Assembly: GCA_965228895.1 (NCBI GenBank)
Contig: OZ245842.1
Location: forward strand, 3,648,001-3,712,000
Direction: 5' to 3'
Length of the DNA: 64,000 nucleotides
Source of the DNA: Alphaproteobacteria bacterium
GTDB lineage: Bacteria; Pseudomonadota; Alphaproteobacteria; SP197
Part shown: in pieces, positions 9,565 to 18,777 of the stretch
Numbering within the stretch: position 1 is the first letter of the stretch
How the letters are laid out: each line of letters opens with the position of its first letter
Notes under the pieces: model-generated
Seen by the model: only the letters and a program-made list of their open reading frames with translations
Database searches by the model: none
Told to the model about the DNA's origin: nothing
Position numbers and translations under genes: made by a program

Positions 9565-9792
9565 TCAAGGCGGGTCAACGGGAAAATTTCGATTGAGACG
9601 TTCGACACGGAACGGATTGAATTGGTAGCAGTCGTCCGGCGAACGGCCGCGCCCGCATGTTGGTTTGGCCGGCTGGCGCTTGATACCGACGCAGGTCGCC
9701 AGCGGCGCGCTCATCAGGAACACCAGAAAACCACGCCGGCCAAAACTGTTGCCCGTGCGGTTTGCCGATGTCTTGGCGACCTTGTTCTGCAT
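9565..9792 (-). CDS. Putative small Tat-exported (lipo)protein
   Basis: 75 aa; GRRGFL twin-arginine motif, hydrophobic stretch and lipobox-like LATC; fills the gap between the MFS gene and the ibpA terminator. Confidence 0.45.
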   Translation of the reverse strand: MQNKVAKTSANRTGNSFGRRGFLVFLMSAPLATCVGIKRQPAKPTCGRGRSPDDCYQFNPFRVERLNRNFPVDPP

Positions 9793-9819
9793 GGTGCGGA
9801 CCTTATCAAGGCGCCCCGG

Positions 9820-9856
9820 AAAACAAAAGAGCGCCGGGCCAAAAGCCCGACGCTCT
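9820..9856 (-). terminator. Intrinsic terminator of ibpA
   Basis: Minus strand AGAGCGTCGGGC-ttttg-GCCCGGCGCTCT-TTTGTTTT, about 20 nt after the ibpA stop. Confidence 0.8.
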
Positions 9857-9878
9857 CCTTAAGACCATTCAACGGGTG

Positions 9879-10355
9879 TTAAGCGGCCTTTTGGTCGCTC
9901 TCGTCGATCAGCTTGCCGGCGACATTCTCACCGGACTGGATCGCGATCTTGCGCGGCTTTTTCTCTTCAGGAATTTCGCGCTTCAGATCGATGTGGAGCA
10001 GGCCGTTGACCAACCGCGCACCGACGACCTTGACGTGGTCGGCGAGCTGGAAGGTGCGCTTGAAGCTGCGCCCGGCAATACCGCGATAGAGGAAGTTACG
10101 GTCGTCTCCGGTCTTGTCTTCGGAGATGCGGCCGCTGACGTGAAGGGTGTCCTCACGCGCCTCGATCTCGACATCGTCTTCGCTGAATCCGGCGACAGCC
10201 ATCGTGATCTGATAGGTGTCGGCGTCCAGCTTCTCGATGTTGTAGGGCGGATAACCGGTCTGATCGGCGACACCGGTCGTCGAGTCAAGCAGGTTCATCA
10301 TGCGGTCGAAGCCGACGGTCGAACGGAAAAGGGGAGAGAAATCATAACGGTTCAT
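9879..10355 (-). CDS. ibpA: Small heat shock protein, Hsp20 family
   Basis: MNRYDFSPLFRSTVGFDR, YPPYNIE, AVAGF, LYRGIAGRSFKRTFQLAD, NGLLHIDL. Confidence 0.95.
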   Translation of the reverse strand: MNRYDFSPLFRSTVGFDRMMNLLDSTTGVADQTGYPPYNIEKLDADTYQITMAVAGFSEDDVEIEAREDTLHVSGRISEDKTGDDRNFLYRGIAGRSFKRTFQLADHVKVVGARLVNGLLHIDLKREIPEEKKPRKIAIQSGENVAGKLIDESDQKAA

Positions 10356-10468
10356 TGCCACATATCCTCCTATGAGCAACATGTAGATCCAAGTGGCCCA
10401 CCCGTCTGGGCTGAGCCGGTGATGTGTCCTCAGATGGCGTTCCCGCGAAGCGGCGAATGCCGGACACG
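10353..10468 (-). ncRNA. ROSE RNA thermometer in the ibpA 5' UTR
   Basis: Final hairpin ACAUGUU-G-CUC-auag-GAG-GAUAUGU sequesters the SD, with the UUGCU motif and bulged G; 5' boundary estimated from the promoter. Confidence 0.8.
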
Positions 10469-10474
10469 ACCTTG

Positions 10475-10502
10475 ATATGGGGCGCTAGCGAGCGGTTTCA
10501 AG
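10475..10502 (-). promoter_or_regulatory. RpoH (sigma32) promoter of ibpA
   Basis: Minus strand CTTGAA-N14-CCCCATAT matches the sigma32 consensus. Confidence 0.85.
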
Positions 10503-10566
10503 ACCCCCTTCCGGAGGCCTAACCCTATGATTAAGAAGGAAAGTCAGGCGGAAATGTGGCGGCTTG

Positions 10567-10992
10567 CTATTCCTGGCGCCAAGGCAGGCCGGCCAGTTTC
10601 CAGCCGCCGACACGGCCGCGATGGCCTTCGGCGTCCTTGTCGCCCTCGAAGCCTTCGGCGACGTTGTAGCAGGGACCGAAACCGGCCGCCGTCATCGCCA
10701 TCGCCGCGTTGCGCGAGCGAGCGCCTGAGCGGCAAATGAACAGCAAGGTTTGGTCGGTCGTCAGACCTTGGGCCTTCAGATCCTCGACAAACGCCGTGTT
10801 CGGCGCGCCGTCCGGGTAACGCTGCAACTCGACCAACAGCACGTGCTTACCGATCGGCGTCAGGTCGGGGATGCCGACAAAACGCCATTCTGCGTCCGTC
10901 CTGACATCGATCAGGACAGCTGAATCGTTTTCTTCCAACATCGTCCAGGCATCAGGCGGCACCAGATCGCCGGCATAAGGTGGCGTGTTCAT
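10567..10992 (-). CDS. Rhodanese-like domain protein
   Basis: LIDVRTDAEWRFVGIPD, FICRSGARS, NVAEGFEG, GWKLAGLPW. Confidence 0.9.
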   Translation of the reverse strand: MNTPPYAGDLVPPDAWTMLEENDSAVLIDVRTDAEWRFVGIPDLTPIGKHVLLVELQRYPDGAPNTAFVEDLKAQGLTTDQTLLFICRSGARSRNAAMAMTAAGFGPCYNVAEGFEGDKDAEGHRGRVGGWKLAGLPWRQE

Positions 10993-11180
10993 GGCTCGTC
11001 CCTTCCTTCCGTTAAAAAGTCCAGGCTCGGCGGCCTCACCGGCATGCCTCAAAAGCAAGACAAACGCAACCATACCCCGCTAGCGCGTCGCCGTGTCGAG
11101 CGCACATTGTTCGGCCTATGCCAAACCATCTTTGGCATCGCGCACGCTAGGATCACGCCTCCGACCACAGGAGAACAACC

Positions 11181-11510
11181 ATGACGCCCGAGTGTTATGC
11201 TGCCCGCGACCTTAATGACGGCTTTGTTGTCGCCATCAATCTCGAAGCGAAGGACGGCGAAGGCGACGCCGTCGCCGCAATTCTGGAAGACCTGGTCGCG
11301 CCGACCATGGCCGAACCGGGCACCAAGCTTTTTCTGCCCTACCGCTCGCCCGATGACTCCGCTCACTTCTTTGTTTTCGAGCTCTACAAGAACGAAGCCG
11401 GCTGGGGTGCCCACCAGAAGACCGAACACTTCAAAGCGGCGATCGAACAACTGCTGCCAAAGCTGTCCAGGCGGGACCGCGTGCCTTACGTGCCCTATGT
11501 GTCGTTCTAA
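11181..11510 (+). CDS. ABM-family (putative quinol) monooxygenase
   Basis: AEPGT, FFVFELY, AHQKTEHFK; GGAG RBS. Confidence 0.85.
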   Translation: MTPECYAARDLNDGFVVAINLEAKDGEGDAVAAILEDLVAPTMAEPGTKLFLPYRSPDDSAHFFVFELYKNEAGWGAHQKTEHFKAAIEQLLPKLSRRDRVPYVPYVSF

Positions 11511-11524
11511 GGTACGCCGAAGCG

Positions 11525-12205
11525 TTAGGACGTGTACCAGGCGATGAAGCTCTTTTCGCCTCGCGCGGTGAACTTGACCGTGCGCGAGCCTTTTTCGCGC
11601 GTCGCCCAGCCCGTGTTGACGACATCGACCAACACCGCCGCACCCAGACTGCCGCCCAGGTGATTGCGACGCTCGCTCCAGTCCAGGCAGGACCTGCACA
11701 GCGGGCGGCGTTGGTTCTCCAACGGCGCGACGTCAATGCCGCACTCCAGCAGAAACGCCCTGCCCTTGCGCGTGACATCAAGCGCGTCGCCGCGCCAGCG
11801 AAGCACGCGATCGGAGAGCCACCGATCGAACAGACCGACCGCAAGGTGACCGGCAAGATGGTCGTAACACGAGCGCGCATGGCGCATGGCCTCGTCCTTC
11901 GGCCCCGGTCGGGTGCGCAGATGGCCAACCCGCGACGCGACGGTCGACAACGCTTCGACCGCATGGGCAACATCCGGATCAGCAATGCTGTAGTAGCGAT
12001 GGCGGCCCTGCTTGCTGACCGTGATCAATCCCGCCGCCTCCAGTTTCGCCAGATGGCCGCTGCCGGTCGCGGCAGTAATGCCGGCCTCACGCGCCAGCTC
12101 GGTCGCGGTCAACGACAGGCCCGACATCAGCGCCATAATCATGTTGGCGCGCGCGGGATCACCCATCATCGCGGCGGTGATCGAGATATCCGGCCCGTCC
12201 TTCAT
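11525..12205 (-). CDS. ArsR/SmtB family transcriptional regulator with Cys-rich C-terminus
   Basis: GDPARA, TATELA, QGRHRYY, ARSCYDHLAG, CLDWSERRNHLGG. Confidence 0.9.
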   Translation of the reverse strand: MKDGPDISITAAMMGDPARANMIMALMSGLSLTATELAREAGITAATGSGHLAKLEAAGLITVSKQGRHRYYSIADPDVAHAVEALSTVASRVGHLRTRPGPKDEAMRHARSCYDHLAGHLAVGLFDRWLSDRVLRWRGDALDVTRKGRAFLLECGIDVAPLENQRRPLCRSCLDWSERRNHLGGSLGAAVLVDVVNTGWATREKGSRTVKFTARGEKSFIAWYTS

Positions 12206-12281
12206 AGTTTGATGCTCGCCGAATCATAATCGTCCGTCAAGGTGCTATGTCCTGGTGTCACGAGAACGACGCGGGAAGACC

Positions 12282-12905
12282 ATGGCTCTTCAAACACTGT
12301 TGGCTTTTGCCATGATCTGGACGGTCGCGATGATTGGTATCGGCGCCAATTCGGTCGTCTGCATGACAGCAGGGGCGGTGAACGGCTTCCAGCGCGGCCT
12401 CTGGTCCGCCCTCGGCGTGACGGCGGCGAGCTTCATTCATTCGATGATCGCCGTGTTTGGCTTCAGCGCCGTTATGCTTGCCAGCGCCGAAGCCTATGCA
12501 GCACTCAAGTGGTGCGCTGTTGCCTATCTCGTCTATCTGGGCATCCGTCAATGGACCAGCGCGCCGGCTGCAGTCGATGACGGCGCGTGGGCCGGCGAGA
12601 ACCGAACCACCCTGTTTCGGCGCGGATTGCTGATCTCGCTCACCAATCCCCAGGCCTTCCTGCACTACCTCCTCTTCTTCGCGCCGTTTATCGCCGTCGA
12701 CCGGCCGTTGATGCCGCAGTTGTTGACGATCGTCCCGACCGCCGTCGGCATCGTGCTTGGCGGTTACAGCCTTTACGTGCTGCTCGGCTCACCGCTGCGC
12801 CGCCTGCTGACATCGCCAAGCCGCCAACGCGCGCTCAACCGTGTCGCCGGAACCTTTTACATCGTCTCGGGCGCCCTGCTGATGGTTGTGGGTTCCAGGC
12901 GATAG
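12282..12905 (+). CDS. LysE family translocator
   Basis: LKWCAVAYLVYLGI, SLTNPQ, LNRVAG. Confidence 0.88.
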   Translation: MALQTLLAFAMIWTVAMIGIGANSVVCMTAGAVNGFQRGLWSALGVTAASFIHSMIAVFGFSAVMLASAEAYAALKWCAVAYLVYLGIRQWTSAPAAVDDGAWAGENRTTLFRRGLLISLTNPQAFLHYLLFFAPFIAVDRPLMPQLLTIVPTAVGIVLGGYSLYVLLGSPLRRLLTSPSRQRALNRVAGTFYIVSGALLMVVGSRR

Positions 12906-12988
12906 AAACCGCATGTGACGCAAAGGTCAGACCGCCACAATCTCGGCCGGTTTACGGCGTCTGATCGACTGCTTGGCCGCAGGACCGC

Positions 12989-13450
12989 ATGGGCGCATCA
13001 CACTACATACGAGACATCCGCAGCCGGATCGGCAACGATCTCCTGTTGTGCCCGGCGGTTGCGGCGGTCATCCATGGCGCCAAAGGCCGTGTGCTGCTGC
13101 AAGAAAAGCGCGATGGTGGCGAATGGAGCCTTCCCGCCGGCGCCATCGAACCGGGAGAGGATCCACAAACCGCCATGCGGCGTGAGGTCCTTGAAGAAAC
13201 TGGCCTGATCGTCTGGCCAAAAAAGATCCTTGGCGTCATTGGCGGCGAAAAGTTCCGACATGTCTACGGAAACGGCGATCGCGTTGAGTACACCGTTGTT
13301 CTCTTCCAGTGTGATGTAACTGATCGCACCGAAGGACCTTACGACCGGGAGACAAAGTCGCTGCGTTACGTCGCCAGGCAGGACATGCCCCGATTGGCAC
13401 AGCCCTACCCTATGGATGTGCTGTTCCTTCGAAACGACAATACCCGGTGA
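12989..13450 (+). CDS. NUDIX hydrolase
   Basis: Nudix box GAIEPGEDPQTAMRREVLEETGL. Confidence 0.92.
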   Translation: MGASHYIRDIRSRIGNDLLLCPAVAAVIHGAKGRVLLQEKRDGGEWSLPAGAIEPGEDPQTAMRREVLEETGLIVWPKKILGVIGGEKFRHVYGNGDRVEYTVVLFQCDVTDRTEGPYDRETKSLRYVARQDMPRLAQPYPMDVLFLRNDNTR

Positions 13451-13558
13451 CCCTTTGCAACTTCACTGGATTACGCATCACGGCAACACGCAATCGCCTT
13501 CCGATTATCGAACGAGTGGTTTAGGTTCACCGCCGAGTTTGATCGGACGGGGGACAGT

Positions 13559-14308
13559 GTGGAGTTTAACGATAGGGTTGTCGTCGTTACCGGCGCGACA
13601 TCCGGCATCGGCGAGGCCACTGCGCGCGCCTTCGCCAAAGCCGGCGCGCGGTTGATGCTGACCGGTCGCAATGTCGAGCGCGGGTGCGCGCTTGCCAGCG
13701 AAACACGCGGCGCGTTCACCGCCGGTGATGTGACCGATCGCGCATTCGCCGACCGCTTGATCGGTGACACCGTGGCGCGCCACGGCCGGCTAGACGTGCT
13801 CGTCAACAACGCCGGCACGATCTATCGGCGCACCATCGCCGACATGACCGACGACGAGTGGCAGACCACCATGGCGGTCAACGTGCATGCCGTCTTCTAC
13901 CTGTGCCGCGCGGCAATCATCGCCATGCGCGACCAGGGCGGCGGCGCCATCGTCAATGTCTCGTCCGACGCCGCCTTTATCGGCGCCAGTGCCATGCCCG
14001 CCTATTGCGCCAGCAAGGCTGCGGTCATGCAGATGACGCGCGCCATGGCGCTGGATCACGCGCGCGAGGGTCTGCGTATCAACGCGGTCTGCCCGGACAT
14101 GGTGAGGACGCCGATGCTGGCCAGCGAAGCCCAGCAGATGGGCAGCGACCCCGAGACCTACTTCTCCGAAGGTGCTGAGGGCATTCCCATGGGCCGCATC
14201 GGCGAGCCTGAAGAGGTCGCCGATGCGATCCTCTATCTCGCCTCCGAGAAGGCAAGTTTTGTCACCGGCGCCGGCCTTCTGGTCGACGGCGGCGCGACGG
14301 CGACGTAA
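13559..14308 (+). CDS. Short-chain dehydrogenase/reductase
   Basis: TGATSGIG, NNAG, YCASK. Confidence 0.92.
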   Translation: MEFNDRVVVVTGATSGIGEATARAFAKAGARLMLTGRNVERGCALASETRGAFTAGDVTDRAFADRLIGDTVARHGRLDVLVNNAGTIYRRTIADMTDDEWQTTMAVNVHAVFYLCRAAIIAMRDQGGGAIVNVSSDAAFIGASAMPAYCASKAAVMQMTRAMALDHAREGLRINAVCPDMVRTPMLASEAQQMGSDPETYFSEGAEGIPMGRIGEPEEVADAILYLASEKASFVTGAGLLVDGGATAT

Positions 14309-14320
14309 GGGGCGGCGGAC

Positions 14321-15076
14321 ATGTTCAACGGCAAGACAGCCCTGGTCACCGGGGCGACATCGGGTATTGGACGGGCGACGGCGCTGGCCTTCGCCAAGTC
14401 GGGTGCCCAGGTGATGCTGACCGGACGCAACGAGTCACGCGGGGCGGATGTGTTGTCCGAATGCGGCGACAACGCCGGGTTCCTGGCCGGGGACGTCACG
14501 GACTCCTCCTTTGCCAGCCAGCTCGTCAGCCAGACGGTCGACCGGTTCGGCAGCCTGGATATCCTGGTCAACAATGCCGGCATCGATGTCGGCCTCGACG
14601 CGCCGGAGACGACGGACGAACAATGGCTCGACGTCATGGCGACCAATCTGGACGCGGTCTTCTACTTCTGCCGTGCCGGCGTGCGCCAGATGCGCCGCCA
14701 GGGCACCGGCGGCGCCATCGTCAACATCGGCTCCGATTGGTCGCTCGTCGCCGGCAAACAGGCCGTCGCCTATTGCGCGTCGAAAGGCGGCGTCTTGATG
14801 TTGTCGAAGTCCATGGCGCTGGACCACGCGCGCGAGAACATCCGCGTCAACGTCGTCTGCCCGGCAGAAATCGACACGCCGATGATCGACGAGACCGCGA
14901 GGGCGCATGGCAAGGATGTCGCAGAAGCCCGCGCCGCCTATGCCGAGGCCATACCGCTGGGCCGCATTGGCGCACCGGAAGACGTCGCGGCCTCCGTGTT
15001 GTTTCTGGCGTCCGACGCCGCACGTTTTATCACCGGTACCGCACTCAGCGTTGACGGGGGAACCACCGCACGATGA
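14321..15076 (+). CDS. Short-chain dehydrogenase/reductase (tandem paralog)
   Basis: TGATSGIG, NNAG, YCASK. Confidence 0.92.
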   Translation: MFNGKTALVTGATSGIGRATALAFAKSGAQVMLTGRNESRGADVLSECGDNAGFLAGDVTDSSFASQLVSQTVDRFGSLDILVNNAGIDVGLDAPETTDEQWLDVMATNLDAVFYFCRAGVRQMRRQGTGGAIVNIGSDWSLVAGKQAVAYCASKGGVLMLSKSMALDHARENIRVNVVCPAEIDTPMIDETARAHGKDVAEARAAYAEAIPLGRIGAPEDVAASVLFLASDAARFITGTALSVDGGTTAR

Positions 15077-16050
15077 CACAAACACCGCGAATCCTGCTGC
15101 ATTGCAGCGCCGACTCCGCCGAGCGGATCGGCACGCAGATCGAAGCGCATCTGCCGGGGACCGAAACCACCGTCGTCAACGATTATGACGGTCTGGCGGC
15201 CGCCATGGCGTCATTCCACCCGAATGTCGTCTACAGCGAGGTCTTCATGCGCGAGGACTATCCGCGCGACGCCTTGTTCAGCCACGACGCGCTCTCATGG
15301 GTCCATGTCTCCGGCGCCGGCATCAACCATCTGGTGCCGTGGGATGCGGGCGCGGTGACGGTCTCCAATGCCGGCGGCGTGCAGGATGACGGCATGGCGC
15401 AGTTCGCGTTTGCCCGCCTGTTCGCCATCAACAGCAACTTCTTCGCCTATCACGAGCAGCAGCAGCGTCACGAGTGGCAAGAGCTCGACAACCTGAACTC
15501 GGTCGGCGGCACCTTGACCGTGGTCGGCCTGGGACGCATCGGTAGTGCCTGCGCCCGGCTGGGCGCACAGCTCGGCATGACCGTCTATGGCGTGCGCGCC
15601 AGGCCCGAGCCCATGGAGAATGTCGCCGAGGTGGTCGGTCCCGATCGCATGAACGAGGTTCTGGCGAAAAGCGATTACGTGATCGTCGTGACGCCGTTGA
15701 CCGATGCCACCCGCGGCCTGATCGGCGCCGACGCCTTTGCCGCGCTCAAGCCCGGCGCCATCCTGCACAACATGGCGCGCGGCCATGTGGTCGACGAAGC
15801 CGCCATGGTTGACGCACTCAACGCGGGCCGGCTGCGCGCCGCATCCGTCGACGTCTTCTCCGAAGAACCCTTGCCGGCAGAGAGCCCCTTATGGGATCAA
15901 CCCAACCTTTACATGACGCCCCATATCGGCGGTATGCTGACCTACGAGGAATACGACCGCCTCTCGACCCAGGTCTTTCTCGACAATCTCGACCGGTGGC
16001 GCGGCGGTGAGCCCTTAGAGTATGTCTGCAGCCCCGATCGCGGTTACTGA
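15073..16050 (+). CDS. D-2-hydroxyacid dehydrogenase
   Basis: GLGRIG, NMARG, DVFSEEPLP, TPHIGG; ATGA overlap with the SDR gene. Confidence 0.92.
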   Translation: MTQTPRILLHCSADSAERIGTQIEAHLPGTETTVVNDYDGLAAAMASFHPNVVYSEVFMREDYPRDALFSHDALSWVHVSGAGINHLVPWDAGAVTVSNAGGVQDDGMAQFAFARLFAINSNFFAYHEQQQRHEWQELDNLNSVGGTLTVVGLGRIGSACARLGAQLGMTVYGVRARPEPMENVAEVVGPDRMNEVLAKSDYVIVVTPLTDATRGLIGADAFAALKPGAILHNMARGHVVDEAAMVDALNAGRLRAASVDVFSEEPLPAESPLWDQPNLYMTPHIGGMLTYEEYDRLSTQVFLDNLDRWRGGEPLEYVCSPDRGY

Positions 16051-16097
16051 CGGCGGCCTGAATCGAAAGCGGCGCAAGACTAGAGGGACTCGGGTCC

Positions 16098-16739
16098 ATG
16101 AGCGAACCAGCAGCCAAGAAACATTCGGCAACGACCATCACGTCCGTCGACAAACTCGAGACGCTCTATGGCGCGCCGGTGCCCCGTTCGCTGATTAAGG
16201 AGCTAGATCAGCTCAACGAGCACTACCGCGCGTTCGTCGAAAAAGCACCCTTCGTGGTGGTCGCCACCAGCGGGCCGGGCGGCCTGGATTGCTCGCCGCG
16301 GGGCGATCCCGCGGGTTTTGTGCGTGTTGTCGACGACAAGACGCTGATGATCCCCGACCGGCGCGGCAACAACCGGCTGGACACCCTGCGCAACCTGGTG
16401 ATCGACCCGCGTATCTCGCTGCTGTTTCTTGTTCCCGGTATCGGTGAGACGCTAAGGATCAACGGCCGCGCCGAAATCGTCGTCGACGACGATCTCAACG
16501 AGAGCTTCGCCATGCAGGGCAAGGCGCCGCGCAGCGTCATCACAGTCACAATCGACAGCGTCTATTACCAATGCCAGAAGGCTCTGGCCCGCTCCCGCCT
16601 TTGGGACCCCGACGCACAATTGGCGCGATCAGATCTGCCGACACCCGGCCAAATGAACACCGTCTTCCACGACGGCGACTTCGACGGCGAGGCCTATGAC
16701 CGGGACTATCCCGAACACATGAAAAAGACGATCTACTGA
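16098..16739 (+). CDS. Pyridoxamine 5'-phosphate oxidase family FMN-binding protein
   Basis: DCSPRGDPAGFV, PDRRGNNRLD, ETLRINGRA. Confidence 0.9.
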   Translation: MSEPAAKKHSATTITSVDKLETLYGAPVPRSLIKELDQLNEHYRAFVEKAPFVVVATSGPGGLDCSPRGDPAGFVRVVDDKTLMIPDRRGNNRLDTLRNLVIDPRISLLFLVPGIGETLRINGRAEIVVDDDLNESFAMQGKAPRSVITVTIDSVYYQCQKALARSRLWDPDAQLARSDLPTPGQMNTVFHDGDFDGEAYDRDYPEHMKKTIY

Positions 16740-16779
16740 GGTCGCGCCGCCTAGGGCGTACCCAGCCTCGTTGGCATCA

Positions 16780-16848
16780 CCGGCCCGCTCCCCCTCCCGG
16801 CCACCCATGGCAGCATCCTCGGGGGGGCCGGGAGGGGGAGCGGGCCGG
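16780..16848. repeat. REP-like palindrome, family A copy 2
   Basis: CCGGCCCGCTCCCCCTCCCGGCC...GGCCGGGAGGGGGAGCGGGCCGG between convergent genes; matches 5120-5186. Confidence 0.8.
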
Positions 16849-16875
16849 CACCGTTGCTGCGCAAGCTGGAAAGAC

Positions 16876-17241
16876 CTAAAACGCGGCTTTCCACTGCTCC
16901 GTGTCAATGAACCACCGTTCTTCAAACACCAGGCCGCCTTTGAGTTTGAACAGTACCGCAAGCTGGCTTCCATCCGGGACCTTTTCGCTCGTCCACTCCA
17001 TGATGGAGACGACTTCGCCGGCATCGCCAATTTGACGGATGGATGTGATGTTGAAACCGGGCGGCAAAACGGCGCCCAGGTTCTCCAGCGCACTTCGGAA
17101 CGCAGCCGTGCCCTTCAGCACATCATTCTGACCAGGCATCACAAAGATCATGTCGTCGGTGTAGTCGGCGATCAGCGTATCCCAATCGCCGCGCGCCACC
17201 GCTTCCCAACCACGTTGTACAATCTCGGCATCACTCGCCAT
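16876..17241 (-). CDS. NTF2/SnoaL-like protein
   Basis: WEAVARGDWDTLIADYTDD...EERWFIDT; GAAGG RBS. Confidence 0.85.
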   Translation of the reverse strand: MASDAEIVQRGWEAVARGDWDTLIADYTDDMIFVMPGQNDVLKGTAAFRSALENLGAVLPPGFNITSIRQIGDAGEVVSIMEWTSEKVPDGSQLAVLFKLKGGLVFEERWFIDTEQWKAAF

Positions 17242-17339
17242 GTCGCCTTCCCCTTTTCTGTTAAGGAGCAAATGAACGCCGCGTAGATCTGTTGCTCACG
17301 CCGCCATTTGCTCCGGTTACCAATTGGCCAGTTTGGCCT

Positions 17340-17750
17340 TCACTCGACGATGCCGTCACGCTTGAACTTTAGGAAACGTGGCAGCTCATCGGTCACATCG
17401 ACCCAGGAAAGACGCTGCGACCGCCAGATATGAACTTCCGGCGCGCAGGCCTCCGCCTCCTCCAGAATCGCAATTGCAACGAACATTTGCGCGGCATCAT
17501 CCCGATCCCAGATCGTAAGCGTGGTACCGCAGCGACCGCAAAACGTCCTCTCCACGGCCGGACTGGATTCAAAGCGCCGGAGAGTGCCGCCTGTTATGGC
17601 AACGGCGTCTCTCTCAACACCTGCCCAGGCCATCACGGGCGCCCCGCTTGCGCGTCTGCAAGTTTTGCAGTGGCAGAACTCAGCAAGATCCACAGGCGCT
17701 GAGATCGCGACCTCGACCTCACCGCATAAACAACTGCCCCTCATCGTCAT
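17340..17750 (-). CDS. GFA/CENP-V family protein
   Basis: GSCLCG, CHCKTCRR, FCGRCG. Confidence 0.92.
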   Translation of the reverse strand: MTMRGSCLCGEVEVAISAPVDLAEFCHCKTCRRASGAPVMAWAGVERDAVAITGGTLRRFESSPAVERTFCGRCGTTLTIWDRDDAAQMFVAIAILEEAEACAPEVHIWRSQRLSWVDVTDELPRFLKFKRDGIVE

Positions 17751-17853
17751 GCCGCCCTTCTATGAACCATCGATCCGCCGCCGAAGCTGGACAGCACAAC
17801 AATAGCCTGTGCTAAATCGTACAGACACTGGAGAAACCGCAAGGCTGGTTTGC

Positions 17854-18765
17854 ATGTCTGAACAGGCTATCAAATGGGACGATCTTCGTTTTGTTCTGGC
17901 CATCAAACGATCACGCTCGCTTTCGGGTGCCGGGCGGAGCCTTTCACTGAGCCATGCGACGGTGTTTCGACGCCTAGAGGCACTGGAACGGCGGCTGGGC
18001 GTTCAATTGTTTGAAAGAGGCCGCGACGGCTATAGCCCGACAGTCGCGGGCGAACACCTTTGTGTTGCAGCAGAGCGGGTCGAGACAGAGGTCGCGACAG
18101 CGGAACGGCGTGTTGTCGGTCAGGACCTCAAGCCCGAAGGAACGGTGCGCGTCACGGCGACCGATACGATCTGGTACGCCATCCTCATGCCGCTCTGCCA
18201 TGGATTCCGGCGACAGTTTCCCGACATCAAACTTGAAATTATCGTTTCGGATCACCTTTCCAACCTCTCCAAACGCGAGGCTGATGTCGCACTGCGATCC
18301 ACACGGCGTCCGCAGGAGACCATGCACGGCAGAAAACTCGGGAAGATTGTTCAGGCCGTCTATGGTCCGGTCGGGCACCCCGCATCGAACGCGGCCGAGC
18401 CCTCTTGGGGCGACTACGATTGGGTCGGACCCGATGCAACGCTTCACTACCCACCTCTTGAAAAATGGATGGCCAGGAACTGTCCCGATGAACGCATCAA
18501 TTGCCGCGTCAACACGCTGTTGGGCATGCGCGAAGCAATGCTGGCCGGCATGGGACTGACGGTCTTGCCTTGTTACTTCTGCGACCCCGATCCGCGGCTG
18601 GCGCGCATCGGCGAGCCGCTTCCCGAACTGGAAACCGAACTCTGGTCCCTCACACACCCCGACCTCAAGTCCGTTTCACGCGTGCGCGCTTTTCTGGATT
18701 ACGTCGCTGGTGAGATCGTGGAGAAACGGCACGCGCTGGCAGGCGCGGCAACGTCTACTCGCTGA
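17854..18765 (+). CDS. LysR family transcriptional regulator
   Basis: WDDLRFVLA HTH, LGVQLFER, LSKREADVALR; divergent from the GFA gene. Confidence 0.93.
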   Translation: MSEQAIKWDDLRFVLAIKRSRSLSGAGRSLSLSHATVFRRLEALERRLGVQLFERGRDGYSPTVAGEHLCVAAERVETEVATAERRVVGQDLKPEGTVRVTATDTIWYAILMPLCHGFRRQFPDIKLEIIVSDHLSNLSKREADVALRSTRRPQETMHGRKLGKIVQAVYGPVGHPASNAAEPSWGDYDWVGPDATLHYPPLEKWMARNCPDERINCRVNTLLGMREAMLAGMGLTVLPCYFCDPDPRLARIGEPLPELETELWSLTHPDLKSVSRVRAFLDYVAGEIVEKRHALAGAATSTR

Positions 18766-18777
18766 ACCGGTTGGCAC

